From NCBI GenBank assembly GCA_021613535.1, contig CP075495.1:744001-808000 (forward strand): DNA of 64,000 nt. Direction: 5' to 3'. The notes below the pieces were generated by a model. That model made no database searches, had not been told where the DNA came from, and saw only the letters and a program-made list of their open reading frames with translations. Source of the stretch: Adineta vaga (lineage: Eukaryota > Animalia > Rotifera). Shown piece by piece: positions 61,297 to 64,000 of this stretch. The translations under genes and the position numbers were made by a program. Each line of letters opens with the position of its first letter. The first letter of the stretch is position 1.

Positions 61297-61792
61297 TTAT
61301 TGTTTCCATGGAAAAAATTCGCCTTTTTTATCACGATATTGAATTTGTTCCATAGCATTTCGACATAGAATATTTCCTGTATCTCCATCAAAAAGAATCA
61401 ATTGTGGAATACCATTAATTTGAAAAACTTTCTGTAATTTTTCACGTTTTTTTTGTTGTTTAAAATCAAATCTTAACCAAGGCATTTCTCGATAATATTC
61501 TTCATATTGTTGTTCATCAAAATCTGAACTAATATAAATGATTTCCAAATTCTTTTCTTTTCCATATGTTTTATAAAATTCAATTAATTTCGGTGTAAAT
61601 GTACGACATGGTGGACACCTAAAGAGAGAAAGAGAGAACTGCAAAAGCAATTCAATAGATTTCATCTACATACCAATGAGCACTAAAATAAAGACCAATA
61701 ATTTTTCCACGATATTTTGAATGATTAAAATTCACTTCACGATTTAATTTATTATAAACATTTTTATCGAAAAATTTCGCCAAACTGGTCAT
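61297..61792 (-). CDS. Nucleoredoxin/tryparedoxin-like thioredoxin, WCPPCR
   Basis: GLYFSAHW|CPPC (intron within the Trp codon), IIYISSD, MPW, GIPQL, FPWK. Confidence 0.9.
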
Positions 61793-62252
61793 GATTTTAT
61801 TGAACAAAAAATGAATATAGTTTGTCTTTATATACTCTGTCTTCTCTATTTGACCTTGATAATAGGTGAAATAGAACGAGAAAAGATATTGAAATATCTG
61901 TATGGGTCTTGTTTGAATAAATCAGATAGATTTGTCCTTCTTGATAATGTATACTTTCGTTTCTTTTTTTCTCCTCCTATCGATCAATCGAGGTGAAATA
62001 TGTTATTGATAGAGAAGATTCTTGAATGAACGGGAAGTGATTTTCAATTAATAAAAAAAAAAGAAGAAGAAACGTTTTCTTTTCTTTTACAGAATAATTA
62101 CAAATCGTATGAAAATATTATTAAGACGATGTTTGTCAATCTCGACTTTCTTTTTTATTACCTTTTCATGTTATCATTTAGTTTAAAATGATGATGATAA
62201 TGAACGGAAAACTTATAAAACGAAGAGAAAAAAAAAGGAGTTAAAAATAAAT

Positions 62253-62742
62253 TTAATCTTGTTTCCATGGAAAATATTTTCCTTCTGGATCTTCTTCTAA
62301 AACTTGTTCAATAGCATCTGGACAAATAATATTTCCTGTATCACCATCAAATAAAAGTAATGTTGGTATTCCTGAAACTTTGAATTTTTTTGATATTCGT
62401 TCTTTTTTTCTTCGTTCTTGATAATCTAATTTTAACCAAGGCATTTTTCGATAATATTCATCAAATGATCGTTCATCATGATCTGAACTAATAAAAATAA
62501 TTTCGAAATTTTTTTCTTTCGAATATTTTTTATAAAAATCAATTAATGTCGGAGTAAATCCACAACATGGTGAACACCTAAAGAAAAGATATTAAACAAA
62601 CTATATTAATCATAACTACATACCAAAGTGCACTAAAATAAAGACCAAAGATTTTACCACGATATTTCTTTTCACTAAAATCAACTAATTCATTTAATCT
62701 GTTATAAACATGTCCTTCGAGGTATCTCCCGACACCGGCCAT
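62253..62742 (-). CDS. Nucleoredoxin-like paralog, WCSPCC
   Basis: MAGVGRYLEG…GLYFSALW|CSPCCGFTP…FPWKQD*; same intron position. Confidence 0.88.
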
Positions 62743-63057
62743 GATCTTGTTGACAAAAAAGTAAAATATGATGATTTTCTTCTTTCGTTATGTTCTCACG
62801 TCTTTTTTTTCTCGTCTCCTGCCTTGATCAAGTATAAGACGAGAGAGAAAAAACGAACGAACCATGATTTAGTTAGAGATATATTATTTGTCCTTCTTCA
62901 TATTATTTTTTTATTCTATTCATTGAGGTGAATGATATTATTCAGAATAATTATATTGGATTTATCTTATCATTATTTTCTCTAAAATATTATTAAACAA
63001 TGTTTCAGTTATTTCTATTTATTCAATATTTTCTTTTATATAAAAATGATAAATAAA

Positions 63058-63568
63058 TTATTCATCAGATTTCCATGGAAAATCTTTTCCTTTTGGATCT
63101 TCATCACTAATTTTATCACATGCATCAGCACAAAGAACTTCTCCTGAATCTCCATCGAATAAAATTAATGTTGGATAACTTTCAATTTCCAATTTTTCTT
63201 CTACTTTTTCTTTTTTCTTCTGTTGTTTAAAATCAAATTTTAACCAAGGCATTTCTTTATAATAATCATTAAAAGATTCTTCATCTTCATCTGCACTCAT
63301 AAAAATAATTTCAAAATTTTTCTTTTCAGCATATGTTTTATAAAATTTGCTTAATTTCGGTGTAAATTCACAACATGGTCCACACCTATAAGAAATATTT
63401 CCTTAATTTTCAATTTCATATAAAGAAAAAAGAAAAGAACTTCACATACCATTGAGCACTGAAATATAAACCAATTGTTTTTCCTTGATATTCTTCATCA
63501 TTAAGATCGACTTTTACATTTGATTTATTGAAAATATTTCCATTTAAAAGCTTTGCAATACCAGCCAT
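63058..63568 (-). CDS. Nucleoredoxin-like paralog, WCGPCC
   Basis: MAGIAKLL…GLYFSAQW|CGPCCEFTP…FPWKSDE*. Confidence 0.88.
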
Positions 63569-63827
63569 GAAATTTCTTTTCGATTTCAATGTACCACTAA
63601 GACACTTCGAACATCGATAGTGAATGATATTTTATACTACACAGTTCCGCCCTTTCGTCATGATATAATAAATAAAAAAACAATTTTACTTATATTTTGA
63701 TACAGTTTGTTTTATGTGGGCGATGTTAATTTTATGGTCAAATGAAAATATATAGATTCAATAATATTTTTTTTTGATTTAATCGAATAAAAATATATCA
63801 ATCGATTTGATTTTATTTATTAAGATA

Positions 63828-64000
63828 TTATATTAAAATACATGATGATTCATCTTTTTTATCTTTTGAATCTTTCCATGGAAAATGTTCACCTTGTTTA
63901 TCACGATTTTGAATTTGATCTCTTGCATCATTACAAAGTATATCTCCTGTATCACCATCGATTAAAATTAATTTTGGAATACCATTGACTCCAAATTTAT
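63828..64000 (-). CDS. 3' end of a fourth nucleoredoxin-like paralog with a C-terminal CaaX (CILI)
   Basis: …GIPKLILIDGDTGDILC…FPWKDSKDKKDESSCILI*; runs off the window. Confidence 0.82.
   Translation of the reverse strand, partial: KFGVNGIPKLILIDGDTGDILCNDARDQIQNRDKQGEHFPWKDSKDKKDESSCILI

Overview
AT-rich eukaryotic genomic DNA with short (about 45-65 nt) GT-AG introns. The gene content points to a bdelloid rotifer (inference): intronless rhodopsin-like GPCRs, an F-box/LRR gene, WLD...IFLIVSG-type ART-associated modules, and many bacterial- or fungal-type enzymes. Part 1 (about 366-16928) is gene-poor and full of non-autonomous DNA transposons (Helentron-like, hAT-like, piggyBac-like, EnSpm-like). 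It carries one secreted prepro-protein gene built from four tandemly duplicated, rapidly diversifying PAN/apple exons, and positions 1-365 are a direct copy of 17885-18249. Part 2 (about 17-64 kb) is gene-dense. It holds 4 GPCRs, IDH3 gamma, PPT, two FkbM methyltransferases, a BAHD acyltransferase, two Snf7/CHMP4 genes, a GH19-like/vWA surface fusion, class II aldolase, a cluster of receiver-like-module genes headed by a pseudo-ADP-ribosyltransferase (possibly a trans-spliced operon), a strongly remodelled beta-tubulin, an AhpD-like protein, a Kv channel, a nucleoside hydrolase, an HSL-family esterase, a ZZ-ZZ-kinase and a nucleoredoxin-like array. The best candidates for new biology are the receiver-like/pseudo-ART cluster, the diversifying PAN exon array and the GH19-vWA chimera. 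All calls are from manual reading; no database searches were run.
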